64,000 bases of DNA from Vicugna vicugna (Eukaryota), in NCBI GenBank assembly GCA_013265495.1, contig MU057719.1, forward strand, positions 684,001 to 748,000, in the 5' to 3' direction. The notes below the pieces were generated by a model. The model ran no database searches and was not told the DNA's origin. It saw only the letters and a list, made by a program, of their open reading frames with translations. Of this stretch, positions 51,291 through 63,554 are shown piece after piece. The position numbers and the translations under genes are program-made. The stretch's first letter is position 1, and each line of letters starts with the position of its first letter.

Positions 51291-52419
51291 AGGGGTTGCC
51301 ATGGCTGGTGGTGACATCTGGCTGTGACAAAGAACCTTCTCTGACACCCCGGATGCAGAGCCCTGTGTCCCAGCTGAAGCTCTGTCGGAGAGTGGGTGCA
51401 ATGTTACTTGCTTTTCTGCGTGGCCAGGATGGGTTCGTGCTTACTGTGACTGGGGAGGGAGCGCTTGCACGCTGTGCGGACAGGTGGCCCGGAACTTAGG
51501 TTTGACCAGTGCAGGCCAGGGCCGCCCGGGCTGGCTGGGGAGAGGGACTGTGTCTGCTCCCACGTCCACCATCAGGGATGTTCCGAGTGCTCACACCATG
51601 GAAATGGGCACACAGGCAAACAATACAATCGGGACTCGCCCAGCACCCACTCCCCGCCGCCTCCCGTGAGAGCTGGTGGTTAAACACTTACTGGATAACC
51701 CAGCCTCTCCGTAGGCCGGGAAAACTGCCCCTTGAAAGAAAGGCTCTGGGGATGGGAGCAGGATCTGGGGCCTCTGGGGTGTTTACTAGTGAGGGCCGTG
51801 TGCCAGCTCTGGGCTGCCACGCTGGGCTGTCTGAAGGCACCGGTGGGCTCTGCTTCCTGCCTCCGGGCGCAGGGGGGCGGCGCGGGGCGGGCGGCGTGGA
51901 GCACTGAGCCTGGGCTGGAAGCCACTTACTCCGTCGCTGCAGTCACATGGAAAGCCTCCCAGGTTTGGCTTTCTTTTTTCCAGCCCATCCTGAGTTGCCG
52001 ACAGAGGGTTCTCTAACTCCCAGAGGGTGCTCTGGGGGCTCCCTCCTTGAGGCGGGGCCCTGGGTGTAGTCGCTGCATCGGGAGAACGGGACCCCTGGGC
52101 AGGGCCGACCTGTGGTCTCTGCCCACTGTTGCCGCGTGCCCAGGGCGTGCTTACGTTCCCGGTCCCCACCGTTTCCCACGAATCTGCAGTTATGGGTGGA
52201 GGTGTGCCACCCTGTGGGAGAAGCCCCACCGGCTGCCAGACCTTGGCTCGCAGGACCCCAGTTCAGGGACACAGGGGGCACGGCATGTACCCACTCAGGG
52301 CAGGTGTTCTGTTCAGAAAAGGCCCTGGGGCTTGCCCATCCCCGTCCCCAGAGGCAGGCCGTGTGAGCTCAGCGTCAGCGGGTGGCGGGTGGCCCATGGC
52401 CCTCTTCTTCTGCAATCAG

Positions 52420-52545
52420 GTCTCGCTGGACTTCGTGAAGAGTGGGGACTACGCCCTGGAGAGGATGGGGGTGACCTACCCTGCCCAGGCTCACCTGAAG
52501 TCTCCCTTCGACCCCGACAACAGGAGAGTGAAGGGGATCTACTGA
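52420..52545 (+). CDS. SARDH: SARDH terminal exon 21, coding part: [41 protein letters not shown]
   Basis: aatcag|GTC; TGA at 52543-52545; PFDP..RVKG C-terminus typical of SARDH/DMGDH. Confidence 0.97.
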   Translation, partial: VSLDFVKSGDYALERMGVTYPAQAHLKSPFDPDNRRVKGIY

Positions 52546-52863
52546 CAGGCCGGCCACCGGGCAGAGCCTCGGCTGATCAGGGGGCCAGCGTCCTGCCACC
52601 CCGTCCCATGCGATCCACCCCCACAGGCCCGCGCCGCCCTGGGCCCCAGGACCTGGACCAGAATCTGGGTCCCCCTGCCCTCAGCTGAGGCCTGCTAACC
52701 ACCCCCAACAGATGCAGACAAGGAGGGTGGGAAGAGGACCCAGAAGGCCCCTTCTGTGGTCACTGACCAGAGGGCGGTCGCAGTCCACCCCACCCCAAAC
52801 CAGCTCGGATGCCTTGGGCTCGGGACCACGCATGTAGCCGCACGCGCTTCTGGGAAGGTGCTT

Positions 52864-52869
52864 AGTAAA
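52864..52869 (+). promoter_or_regulatory. Candidate SARDH polyadenylation signal (variant AGTAAA)
   Basis: About 320 nt after the stop codon; the first canonical AATAAA I found by eye is at 57188. Confidence 0.55.
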
Positions 52870-55800
52870 CACCAGGAGTCAGAGCAAGGAGGCGCGGGAC
52901 TTCCCGCCGTGTCCCGCTCCCGAGCAGCGGGGTGTGTCTGCAGTGGGGGCCGCGTGGGGATTGACTAGCACTGTCTGCCGGGGCGCAGCAGGGGCAGCGG
53001 AGAGTGCGGCGCCCGCAGCCCAGGCTGGCGGGATGATCTGCTTCCCAGATGCTGGGAGGGGCTGGGAACCCAGAAAGCAGCGCTTCCTGCCTGACACCGC
53101 AGCTCTTCACACGGGAAAGCCCCCTGAGTGTTCCCAGCCTGAGATCAGCGCGGGCGGAGGGAGGGGGCTCTCAGGTGGGCCCTGCCCTCGCCTGGGCAGA
53201 AGCTCCCTCTCCTGCCCTGGCCTCCCCGGAGCCCCCGCTCGCTGGGTCTGGAGAGGGAGCAGGCTGCTGGGTAAGAAGCGGCGTGATCCTCCTGGCCAGG
53301 GCACGGCTCCGGTCCTCGTCTCCCCGCTCTCCCGCGGCCCCGGGGAGGGACCCACGGAGGGCCTTGGGGGCTCCCCGCCCCCTTCTCGGGGCCTCCGGGC
53401 TCTCATCTGTGCATCGGGAGGAGCCCTGCCTCCCTGCCGGGGATGGTGCCCGGCCCAGGGCCCAGGCAGCCCCAGCAAAGCTGCCCCGCATGGCCGTGCC
53501 CAGTGGGGAGCAGCGGCGGCAGACACCCAGTCGCCCGAAGGAAGCCCTGTGGTAACTGGAGCGTGGGTGATCCCCGGCAGGACCGGGCTGCTCTGAGATG
53601 CCCCAACCGCGCAGCCCCACTGTGGACGGGGCCAGAACAGGCCAGGCTGATAACGCCAAGGCCACGGGAGGTCGTCTGGGCTTCCGCTGGGCTTTGGAAA
53701 GTTCATTTGGGCCCCTCGCCAGACCACGAGCTGGGGGGTAGGGGCCTGTCTTTCGCCTCCTCGGGCAGAGGAATGCCTGCAGGGCCCTGCTGACGGGCGG
53801 GCCTGGGTCCTGCATGGGAGGGCCTGGGAGGTGCCGAGGGGGACCCATGAGGCCCAGGAGGGGAGGGCAGCCGGCTCCCCAGGTGGCCTGGCCTGCTTCC
53901 CCTGGTCCGTGCACATGTCCAGTCCACCGCCATTCTTGTGGGAGGCACAGGACGAGGCGGGGTCGGACTCAGGTTCCACCCGACTCCATCCTGGGGGCTG
54001 AGCTCAGAAACAGAAACGTCCACGCTCATTCCCCTATTTGCTTTTGTTCCTCTGCTGGGGAGGTGACCCTGGCCTTCCTGGAAAGGGCACTGGGTCACCG
54101 ACGTGAGCTTGGTGCTCATGAGCTGTCCGCCCCCACGGCCCCCGTCTCGCCTGCTTCACCTGCAGCTGCAGGGAGGTCCGGGCCACAGCCTGGTCGCTTA
54201 GAGCTGAGCCACGTCACCCTCCCCTTGAGCCAGTGACCGCAGGTGGGCCCGTCCTTACCCTGATCCGGACACACCTGCTGCATCTATTTTGGAAAGTTTT
54301 CTGGACAGAATGAGCACCCTGACCCTCACGTGGCTCTGAATACTGCCTGTGGGAATTCTGGGCAAGCTGGGCCAAGCTGGGCTGGACACCCAGACAGGGG
54401 AGAAGGGCCTCCCCCGCTCCCTGGGCTCTGAGACTCAGCCTGCGTGTGGCTCTAGCAGTCCCTGGAGCTGAGCCTTCTGCAGGGGGGTCGGGGAGGGGGA
54501 GCAGGCCCTTCTTGTCCAGCCCTCTCGCTACCTCCTGTCTGTCAGCCTGAGCAGCTCTCAGGGACCACGTGGGCCCCATGTCCCTACAACCAGCGAGGCA
54601 TTTGCATCAGAGCCGCTGGCACCCAGGCCCTGGGCTTTGCGTGGTAGGTGGGGTGGAGCCTAGCCGGCAAGGACGAGGTGCCCCTCTCCCCAGTGAAGAC
54701 CAAGGGCCCTGGCAGTGGAATCCCCAGCTGACTCTCAGCTCCCTCAATTCCCAGATGCCACACACTCACGGAGCTGGCATGGGGCCCACCTCCCTCCAGA
54801 ATAGCTGGTAAGAGTGGTGACAAAATCACTTGGCAGAGAGACGCTAAGAGTTAAGTGATGGTGGACAGCGAGCCCGTCACGTGCTAAGGTCCTGGGGTGG
54901 GCCTGACCTGCCACATGACCTGGCAGTGTCTTACTCACTGGGGCTTCAGCCACCCCATCCACAAAGAGGAGAAGGGGCACTCGGGCTGCTTCACTCTTGG
55001 GGACACTTCCAGTGGAGCATCTGCCTGCCGAGGACCCTCCCTGCCCCCACAGAAGCACCACTCAGCCTGGATAAGGCCTTTGTGCTTACCCCACCCCTGA
55101 ACTGTGCACAGAGAGGCCAGAGGGCTTCCCTAGGGCGGCCAGCTCGGTCTTACCCATGTCACTGTTGGAGAGGCAGTTGCAGACCCATCTGGCTCGGGGG
55201 CACACAGAGGTGAGCCTGGAGGGCCCAGCAGGCAGCAGCCCTGGGCCCTGGCATGGCCCCCACTCCCCTGAGGGTCCTCTCCCAGTGCCTGAGCAGGGGG
55301 CGACAGGGCATCCTTTGGGCCATGGGGAGGAGCAGGGGCCGTGGCCCGGAAGGGCCTGGCAGAGCACGGCCACAGAGCTGTCGCCAGGGGGCCTGCACCT
55401 GGGACGGTGACCAGGGACCTTGTGGCAGAGCTGGGAGGCCTCAGAACACTCCCAGCGTGAGCGGGTTCCCGTCCTGCCTTCGTTCTGTCTCAGCTTTGTT
55501 CTTCTGTTTCCCCAGTTCAAAGCCTCATTGCCAAAGGCCCCAGCTGCCGGCAGGCTACCCCCGAGCACCAGCCTTAGGGATTAGCGGGCCAGGCCGGCCT
55601 GGGGGTGACGCCCCTCGGCTGCCCCCACCCGGCTCCCTGGGCCGCTCCTCCCCCGCGGGCGCTCCAGGCGTCTCCTAGCAACTGCCTCCGTGGGCCCTAA
55701 ATAACTGCCTCCTCTCTCCGCCTCTCCCCTCCACCTCCTCTCGCCTCCAGAAAAGCAGGCGCCTGCGATGAGGACAGCGCAGCACCCAAGTCCAGGGCAA

Positions 55801-56669
55801 AGCCTTGGCTTCTGACTGGGGAGGGGACAGAGGACACAGGTCCCCACACAGGGGCGAGCACCTCCTGGGCCCATGACGTCAGCACAGAGGGTTCCAGCCT
55901 AGGATCTTCCCCTGAAGGCTCCCAGGTCCCTCTTAGGAATCTGCCACAGAAACAGAAGTTTCTGGCCTGGGGTTTGTGGGACACAGTGGGCTGCCTTCCA
56001 TCCAAGAGCCTCCTGAGAATGCAGGGAAACGTGGAGCATGTGCGTGGGGGGGGGGCAAGGGGGGCAGGGAGACTCGAGAGACAGCATAAAATAGAACCGT
56101 GTGTGTCCCAGAGAGACCGTTCGCTTTTTCAGCGCATTGTGGAAGGGCCGGAAGGGGACCAAACGGGTGCTTGGCAATAATGACACTGTTTTTCGCTGCA
56201 GTGGAGCAGAGAAAAGTGAGTGCCCCCAGCAGCCCCTGGGCTCAGTTCCTCCATCTGCACCAGAGGATGAGCGGGCGGGGCCGGGGAGTGAGCGCCTTCG
56301 ACAGCTGGGGGACTCAAAGCATCTCCGACCTGAGCCTGTCCCCACTGGACCTTTGGCAGCCTGTGGGGTTGTTTCTGGCGGTCACAATGCGGGGTGCTGC
56401 TGACGCTTTGTGTTGGGGCCAAGGAGGCTGTACCTTTCACAGCAGGAGGGACCATCCTTAGCCTCAGAGACTGGTCCTGCCCAAAATGCCCCCGCGGACA
56501 ACCTCCACACCCCTGTGGTGTCCAGCAGCTCTGTCCAGAGCTAGCCAGAGCTGGGCCCCTGGGCCCGTCAGGAGAGGCTCAGCTGTGAGGGTACAGGTGG
56601 CTCCCACCCTGTGCAGCTGGGCCCCAGCCGTGGCGCGGCGCGGCCCAGTTTCTGCATGATGGGAATTCT

Positions 56670-56830
56670 GTGTCTGGGCTGTGCACCCAGTATCCATGGT
56701 CCCATGTGGCTGTTGAGCGGTTGAAATGTGGCCGATGTGACCGAGAACCCAAACGTTTTAGTTTACATCATCTCAATTCATTCAAAATTAAGCTTAAACA
56801 GCCACTGAGCCTGGTGACCACAGGGCAGTC
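56670..56830. mobile_element. MER3-like hAT-Charlie fragment
   Basis: catgtggctgttgagcggttgaaatgtggcc...aaacagccac. Confidence 0.7.
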
Positions 56831-58504
56831 CAGGCCTGAAGGACACACCTGCTCCAGCCGGAGCCCACAGCCCGGACACTCCCACCCCACCGCCAGGCCC
56901 TCTCCACACTGAGTCTGCACGGGCACGCCTCCGCCTGGGCCGCCGGGCGCTTCCAGCTGACAGGTCACGTCACCCTGTCAGCCGTCGCCCCCAGGAGGCT
57001 GGGGGACCTTCTCCTCAGTGGGCGAGGGGGAGATGGAGGCCCAGAGAAGGAAAGCAAATTGGCCAGGGCCACATGGCAGAGGGAGGAACGGACACCCAGG
57101 CTGCTGGACCCCCACGCCCACACTTTCTCCACCGCCCGGGTCCTTCAGAAGGTGCGTGAGCCTGGACCCGGCCGCTGGTTTTCAGGTAATAAAGCATTCC
57201 TCCAGCTGTCCTTGCTTAGCCCCTGTGAGGACCGGGGACAGTGCCTGTTTCCGAAGTAAGGAAACAGGGATGAGAGCCCAGGCTTGACGGTCAGACAGCT
57301 GCGGGGTCACTTCCCGGCTCCCTGCTCACTCTGGGTGACCTCGGCACCTTGTCTCAGTTTCCCCATCTGTCAGTGGCACAGAAACAGCACGTATGGTGTG
57401 GGTTTGTGGGCAGCTTAGCGTGGACCAGGGTGCCTACTCCTATCAGTGACATGGGCGCAATACTCAGAGCCGGGCGCTGGGGTGGCAGGGCAGGAAGCCG
57501 GCAGCGCCGTCTGCAGGGGGAGGACAACACGTTGTCCCCGGGGAAGAGTGACCAGGCTGAGAGCGGTAGTGAGCGAAGGGGAGGGGGAGTCAGTGTGGGT
57601 GCTGGAAGGTTCTGGAACCGGGTGTGATTCCTGATCTCCACTAATCCTCCAGGGACCCCGGGCGAGGCGTTTCTCCTCTGTGAACCGCAGCTCGCAGCTC
57701 GCAGCTCCCTCCTCGGTGAGGCCAGGATGTCACAAGTGCCTCTCGGGTGTTTGGGGAACAAAACCAGGAAGGGCTGGGCGGCATGAGGCTGGGGGGGCTC
57801 CCTCGAACCCTCTCCCGGAGCTCTGGGCTGACTGGGACCCCTGTATGGGCTGGCAGGAGGGCACAATCAGAGGGAAAAGCTGTTCTTGGGCCAGACGACC
57901 ATGGCCAGAGGCTGGGGGTGTTCCAGGCCGCCTTCCCCAGGCCTGCGCCCTGCAGAGGGGCCTCCCTCCCCACTGTCATCCGAGACTATAAAGATGACGG
58001 AGGGCCGGCCGCTCTCCAGCCTCTGTCAGGCCTGGCATTTCACAGCCATCACGCCCCGGGACTTACGGCGCGGGAAGCCATGATTTATGGGACGCAGTGC
58101 CGTGCGCCTGGGCCTGCTTGTCCCGTCGGTAATGAAGTGGCTGGCAGGAGAGGCAGCTGCTTAGCAGGCCTCTGTTGAGGCGTAAGGGGGGGGACTCGAA
58201 GGTCCATCCATCACGCTCTCTCTCCCCTAAAGGCTGTGCAGCATTTTGCTGAACTGGCTGAACAGAGTTGAATCTGTCACTCCCAGCAAAAACCACCGAA
58301 GAGCTGAACTTGGCCTTAAACAAGAGGCAGCTAAGAGGGGAGGGAGGTGGAGACTGACCCAGGACGCGAGCGGCATGTTCCGCAGCACCCCGGGCTGGGC
58401 GCCTGACCCTGCGCCGGGCAGAGCGGTGTTCAGGCAATGCTTTCTCCCCTGGGGGCAGCGCCACCCCGTGTTAGCGGTCGCTGGGGGCCGGCCCGCGTGT
58501 GAGA

Positions 58505-58510
58505 TTTATT
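58505..58510 (-). promoter_or_regulatory. Candidate DBH polyadenylation signal AATAAA
   Basis: tttatt on the + strand, about 825 nt downstream of the DBH stop. Confidence 0.7.
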
Positions 58511-59333
58511 CTCTCAGTAACCCACACGGCACTGGCCCTGGGTCACAGGAGAGAAGACCCAGGCGGGGGGCGGGGCTCCCGACACAGGCCTGATGCTAGG
58601 GCCCGCTCACCCCGTCAGACGCCCGTCCCGCTGCAGAGAGCAGTCATCCCAGGCTAGTCATTTCGTTTCCCAGGGAGCTGGCGCCCAGACCCCAGCCTGG
58701 ATCATTGCTGTCGCCTCTTTGGGTGGCGGCAGGACTTGCTGTTAGTTTCCCTTTGGGTGGGCGGAAATACCTATTTACCCTGCGATGGAGGAATTTCCCA
58801 GGCAAGTCTCTAACTAGCTAAATGGCTTGTCCTGCCTCCGTCGGCAGGGGAGACGCCCACTGTGACAAACGAGCCACTCTGCAGGGAAATGTTTAAGTAG
58901 CGCTCGCACCATCACACACAACACAACCGCCATCAGCAGGGGCCAGGGACGCAGGGCCACCCTGGGCGAGCCTGCCAGGCAGGTGTGGCCCGTGGCCCGG
59001 GAGGCCGGCCCCTCTCAGCGAGATGACAGGGCTTTCGGGGCGCTGGACTCTAGACCTCCGAGGGGGTTATCCTTACGTTACATCACAAAGCCGTGCAGAG
59101 GCCTCGGTCCACCCAGTCCTGGGCGTGTCAACAGGGAGCGGGCCCGGGGCTGTCTCAGCCATGCAGGGGGCCCCCGGGGGGGAGAATGCTAAATGCACCG
59201 GGCTTCCAGCAGGGGCTTGGCGCAGCCCCTCATCCAGGGCACACACGGCTGTTCAATGGGGGTCTTCACAGAGTAGGGGGTGCACAGAGCTGGTGTGAGC
59301 CCACAGGGGCGGGGTGGAAGAGACGGCCTGAGC

Positions 59334-59465
59334 TCAGCCCTCGCCCTCACCGATGCTGACCACGGCGGGCCCGGCGGGGCTCTGGCGCCGGCTGGCTGCA
59401 CAGCGAGGGGAGGGCTCTTCCAGCTTGGAGATGATCTCAGGCAGGGGCTGTCGATCCCACTCGCC
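59334..59465 (-). CDS. DBH: DBH terminal exon 12, coding part: GEWDRQPLPEIISKLEEPSPRCAASRRQSPAGPAVVSIGEGEG*
   Basis: Minus strand cgcag|GGC; TGA at 59336-59334; matches the DBH C-terminus. Confidence 0.96.
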   Translation of the reverse strand, partial: GEWDRQPLPEIISKLEEPSPRCAASRRQSPAGPAVVSIGEGEG

Positions 59466-60409
59466 CTGCGAGGGAGGGGCCAGGGGGTAAACAGGCTGGA
59501 GGGAGCAACACAGGGGCCACCCCCCAGGCACTTCGCACAGCGACCTCTTGGGCTCTTGCCCTTCAACTCACCTTGTCCCAAACCCAACTCACCCACTCCC
59601 CACCCTCCATTGCCCCTTGGGGTTCCTCACCTGGGAGTCATCCTGGGCACCCCCATCTGCCTCCTTGCCCACCCCTCACTTTATTCAGAGAAGCAACGGG
59701 AAGCCCCAGGGTGCAGGCTGTTTCAGCCATTCTCCCTCTCCACCCCGGCAAGCCTGCCTCAGGGGCCAGTTTAACCACGTCTGACGGCTACACCTGCCCC
59801 GAACGACTGGGACGAGCCAGTGTCAGCCCCGCCTGGGTGCTGGCACTGTTTGATTTAGTAATCAACCCAGCTCCCCAGGGCTTCCAGGAAACCTGCCTCC
59901 CAGATCTGCAGGCTGCAGCCTCCTTGCTGCGGACCTCAGCACCGGCCTCAGCCTCCGACAGGCAGCTCCAGGGGAGTAAATGAGATGCCTTTGAATCCCA
60001 GGGGGTCTCAGAGAAGGAGGCGGAACCAGCTTGCAGTTTCAGACTGTTTGGATTCTCACCTGCCCCTCCCTCCGCACTTTATTTTTAGGCTCTGGGGGAG
60101 GCTGCTGGCGCCCGGCTCACACCACCAAGATTAGCCCCATGACTGAAGGGAGCGCCCTTCTGGGGTGGCTGTCAGTTTCTCCCTCTGTCTGCACCCCCAG
60201 AGGTCTCTAACTGTCTGTGTGAGTGCTTCTTGCCAGCTCCTTGTGGGGGAGACCCGTCACCCACGCTGGCCAGCGTTCTTGGTGGGGGACGCGGGACACA
60301 GCGGGGCGGGCAGCTGCAGACCTGCCCCTGGGCACCTGGAAGCGGGGAGGGCGTCACCGCGACAGGGGCCCAGCTGCACGCGCCCCTGACGCTGCCTGGG
60401 CAGGGGTAC

Positions 60410-60569
60410 CTGGAAGCGGACGGCCGAGGACTTGTTGCAGTGCACGGAGATGGGGGCGAAGCCGTACAGGGCCCCGAGCACTTGGCGGCTGAAGGAGTTC
60501 CAGGGCACAGAGGCAAACTGCTCGGGCACAGAGGCCTGAGGGCAGGTGCAGACTTCCTCGCTGTTGAAC
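60410..60569 (-). CDS. DBH: DBH exon 11, 160 nt: (R)FNSEEVCTCPQASVPEQFASVPWNSFSRQVLGALYGFAPISVHCNKSSAVRFQ
   Basis: Minus strand caccag|G ... CAG|gtaccc; CTC interchain cysteines and NKS glycosylation sequon. Confidence 0.97.
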
Positions 60570-61038
60570 CTGGTGGGGAGAAGGAACAGCCCGGGGTGGG
60601 ATATGGCAGAGGGGAGGAGAGCTCAGCAGTGCACATCTTGCAGGTGGGGTGGGGTCCCCAGAGCAGCCCTCAGGCCACCTCCTCCCCAGCCTCCTAACAC
60701 ACTGCCCTGGCCCTGCCTCCCCACCAGCGATGGCCAGTATACTTCTCTCGTTCCACCTTGGATCAGCTGGAAGTAGCTGCTGTAGGGCTGGGTGGAGGGA
60801 GCTTCTCAGGCCAAGTCCAGACTCAACAGGAGGTGAGAGTGGGGATCAATTAGTGATGTCTGCCACAGGCACCTCATGGGAGAGTGGAGGCACGATGGCC
60901 ACATCTGTGCTCACCCTGCTCCTGGACTCCTCACTCTCCCCCAGCTGCCTACCAGGGCATGGGGGGCTCTGGGCTGGGGCTCCCTGGCCACACCCAGGGC
61001 TGGAGAGCAGGGCAGCGCCCTCCCTGTGGGGCCGTCAC

Positions 61039-61166
61039 CTGTTCACCAGGTGGAAGAACTTCTGCAGGAAGCCGGGGTCCACGGCACTCTTGCAGAGCTC
61101 CAGCTGCGACCGGGGGTAGTAGTGCGCGTAGTTGACGCACATCTCCTCCAGGATCCCGAAGCCCCC
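61039..61166 (-). CDS. DBH: Dopamine beta-hydroxylase exon (human exon 10), 128 nt: GGFGILEEMCVNYAHYYPRSQLELCKSAVDPGFLQKFFHLVN(R)
   Basis: On the minus strand ctgcag|GGG ... ACAG|gtgacg; EEMC motif contains the CuM methionine ligand of copper type II monooxygenases. Confidence 0.97.
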
Positions 61167-62069
61167 CTGCAGGACAGAGAGGACGCCCGTCAGCCCTGGC
61201 GCTTCGCTCCTGGACACTGCCATTCAGCATTGCCATTTGTTCACTGCGTTCAGCCATTCACCCCTTCATCACGCGGTGCCGGTGATGAAGTCCCTGCCCT
61301 CTTGGAAGCCCCACTTTTGACGAGAGAGATGGAAAGCAAACAGGTCAGCCAGCAAGCATGTCTCAGGTGGCGGTAAGCGGTAGGAGTCAAAATACTGCGG
61401 AGGCAGCAGAGAGGGGCATTCGTGTACCCATTTCGTGGATACAGAAACTGAGTCCAAGGCAGGTAAAGAGCAAGGCCTGAGTGGACTCAGGCTCCCGACC
61501 TTGGCTGGGGAGCTTCCCCCTCGGCCTCCGGTGTGAGCCTGGGGACTGAGGACTGCAGAGGAGGCCTCCCGTCACAGCAGACCCAGCCCGCCTCCCAGCC
61601 ATTTCCAAAGCTTTGCCCTGGAAGGAGCAGGGATTCCAGAAGAGAAGCCGGTAACTTAGAGGTCATCACAAGCCACCCGGGGCCCAGGTGAGCTCTTAGT
61701 CCTGCCGCCACTGGCTTTAGGCCCCTGGCCAGGTCCCTGCTCTCGGAGCTGCTGAACGTGGAGCCCAGACCCAGGAGAGGAGGGGCCAGTGGCAGAGGAG
61801 CCGGGCTGGACTGGCCCACTGGCGGGGGCGGGCGCATGGCCCCGGGCCGCCTGTGCCTTGCCGGGGCTCCCAGCGCTTTGTGAACGGTGAAGTGGGTCTG
61901 GGTGGGGTTTATCTGGCTGGTGGGAATGCTTGATACTTTATGGCAGAACAAAAGGATGATAAAAAGCCCCTCTGAGGGCTCATCTCATTCCCTCCTCATC
62001 CCAGCCCAGCTTGGACAAGGCACTGGAGCGGCTCTGCTCCAGGACGACTGTTTAAAATGGAAATTCCCA

Positions 62070-62205
62070 GGGGAGGGCGCAGCTCAGCGGCGGAGCGCGT
62101 GCTCAGCAGGCACGAGGTCCTGGGTTCCGACCCCAGCGCCGCTATCAAATACATAAACAAGCCTGATTATCCCCACCCAAAAACATTTTTTTTAATTAAA
62201 AAAAA
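62070..62205 (+). mobile_element. tRNA-derived SINE (vic-1-like) in DBH intron 9
   Basis: ggggagggcgcagctcagcggcggagcgcgtgctcagcaggcacgaggtcctgggttccgaccccagc, then an A tail; preceded by a TTT/AAAA endonuclease site. Confidence 0.85.
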
Positions 62206-62483
62206 GGCAACCCCCGGAGCAGCTGTCGGGCCCCTGGCTGGCTCCGGGGGGGCGGCCTTGCACCTGTGTTGCTCCCTGGCTCTGAGTCCCTATTTCCTGG
62301 GGGGAACCAGGGCTTCCATCACCGATCCTCAGACCGGGAGGATAACCTCCCTCCCAAGATTCCACAAATTCCTGTTCCTTGTACTATTCTTCGCCTCAAA
62401 CATCAAGAGAGTCCCAACCCTCTGGAAGCTCTCCCTTTGTCTTGGCCCCGGGAGGGAAATCACATTTCAAAGGCCCTGTCCCA

Positions 62484-62707
62484 CAGGGCAGCGGCCTGGT
62501 TGGTCAGAGTTCCCCAGGGCAGCAGGCCCCCAGCGGTCAGAGTTCCCCAGGGCAGCAGGCCCTGGGCCATCAGAATTCCCCAGGGCAGTGGGCCCCGGGC
62601 CGTCAGAGTTCCCCAGGGCAGCGGGCCCTGGGCGGTCAGAGTTCCCCAGGGCAGCGGGCCCCTGGCGGTCAGAGTTCCCCAGGGCAGCGGGCCCTGGGCG
62701 GTCAGAA
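62484..62707. repeat. 33-bp minisatellite, about 6.7 copies (tcagagttccccagggcagcgggccctgggcgg)
   Basis: Unit starts at 62504, 62537, 62570, 62603, 62636, 62669 and 62702. Confidence 0.95.
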
Positions 62708-63554
62708 TGCAGGAAGGTCCAGCTGCCCTCTGCGATCCCACCTGGTGCTGTGAGGTAGCCTCCCAGAGGAGGGTGGGAGTCTGCGGCCTGGCGACGCCAG
62801 TGGTGCTCGCCTGGCAGGAACATCCAGGGAGTGACATCAGTTGGCCTGGATGAGGTTGGAAGGGGCAGGGAGCGTGGCCCTCGCTGAAGTAGCACTGAGC
62901 AGGGTCTGCCTCGGGGGCTCCCCTTCTCTGTTCACTGGCTGGATGTCCAATAAGTGCCTCCCCTGCCGTCAGCCCCAGTGGCCTCACCTACTGAATGGGA
63001 GACTCTGTGCTCCACCTGGGGCTTACTCATTGCATGAACTGCGCTCTACCAAGAGGCAGCACATGTAGGGTGGGCACCTGGCCCAGCTGTGCCCCCTGCT
63101 AGCTGGGTCCCCTCATTCGCTCCACCTCACTGTCTCCTGGGGCAGCTGCCTCCTAGGGCCCTGGCCAGACTTTGAGGGTTCCTACGTGGGGACACGGTGA
63201 GTCGTTAGAACAAGCCTCCACGTGGAGCAGGTGCCCCACATTCGCAGCTGCGTGTTATGTACTGAGCCTCTCCTCACAGTATCGTAAAGAGGGTGCTGGG
63301 GCTTAGGGCAGGGCTGCCTGCCTACAAAGCTCTCCTGCCCCCCCGAGTATGTGACCATGGACTCAGAGAAGTTGTCACCCCAAATCCAGAGGTAGGAAGG
63401 AAGCATGAGGCAGGAAATTTGCAGGCACTCATCTCTGGGTTAAATCCTAGCCATCAGCTGTGTGGCCGTGGGCAAGTGTCTCCCCTCTCTGAGCCTGTTT
63501 CTCACCTATGAAGACAGAGACAAAGATTCCTACCTCGGAGATAGGTGTCAAAGC

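Noticed and set aside
62070..62142. tRNA-like sequence with A and B boxes
   Set aside because: Continues into a SINE body and A tail and has two more diverged copies in the window. It is a tRNA-derived SINE, not a tRNA gene.
62484..62707. CRISPR-like periodic repeat, or a repeat protein (SEFPRAAGP)n
   Set aside because: No unique spacers and a eukaryotic intronic context; a plain minisatellite with a unit length divisible by 3.
60300..63000. Orthologue of the human DBH-AS1 lncRNA
   Set aside because: Position is roughly compatible, but nothing in the sequence alone supports a transcript.
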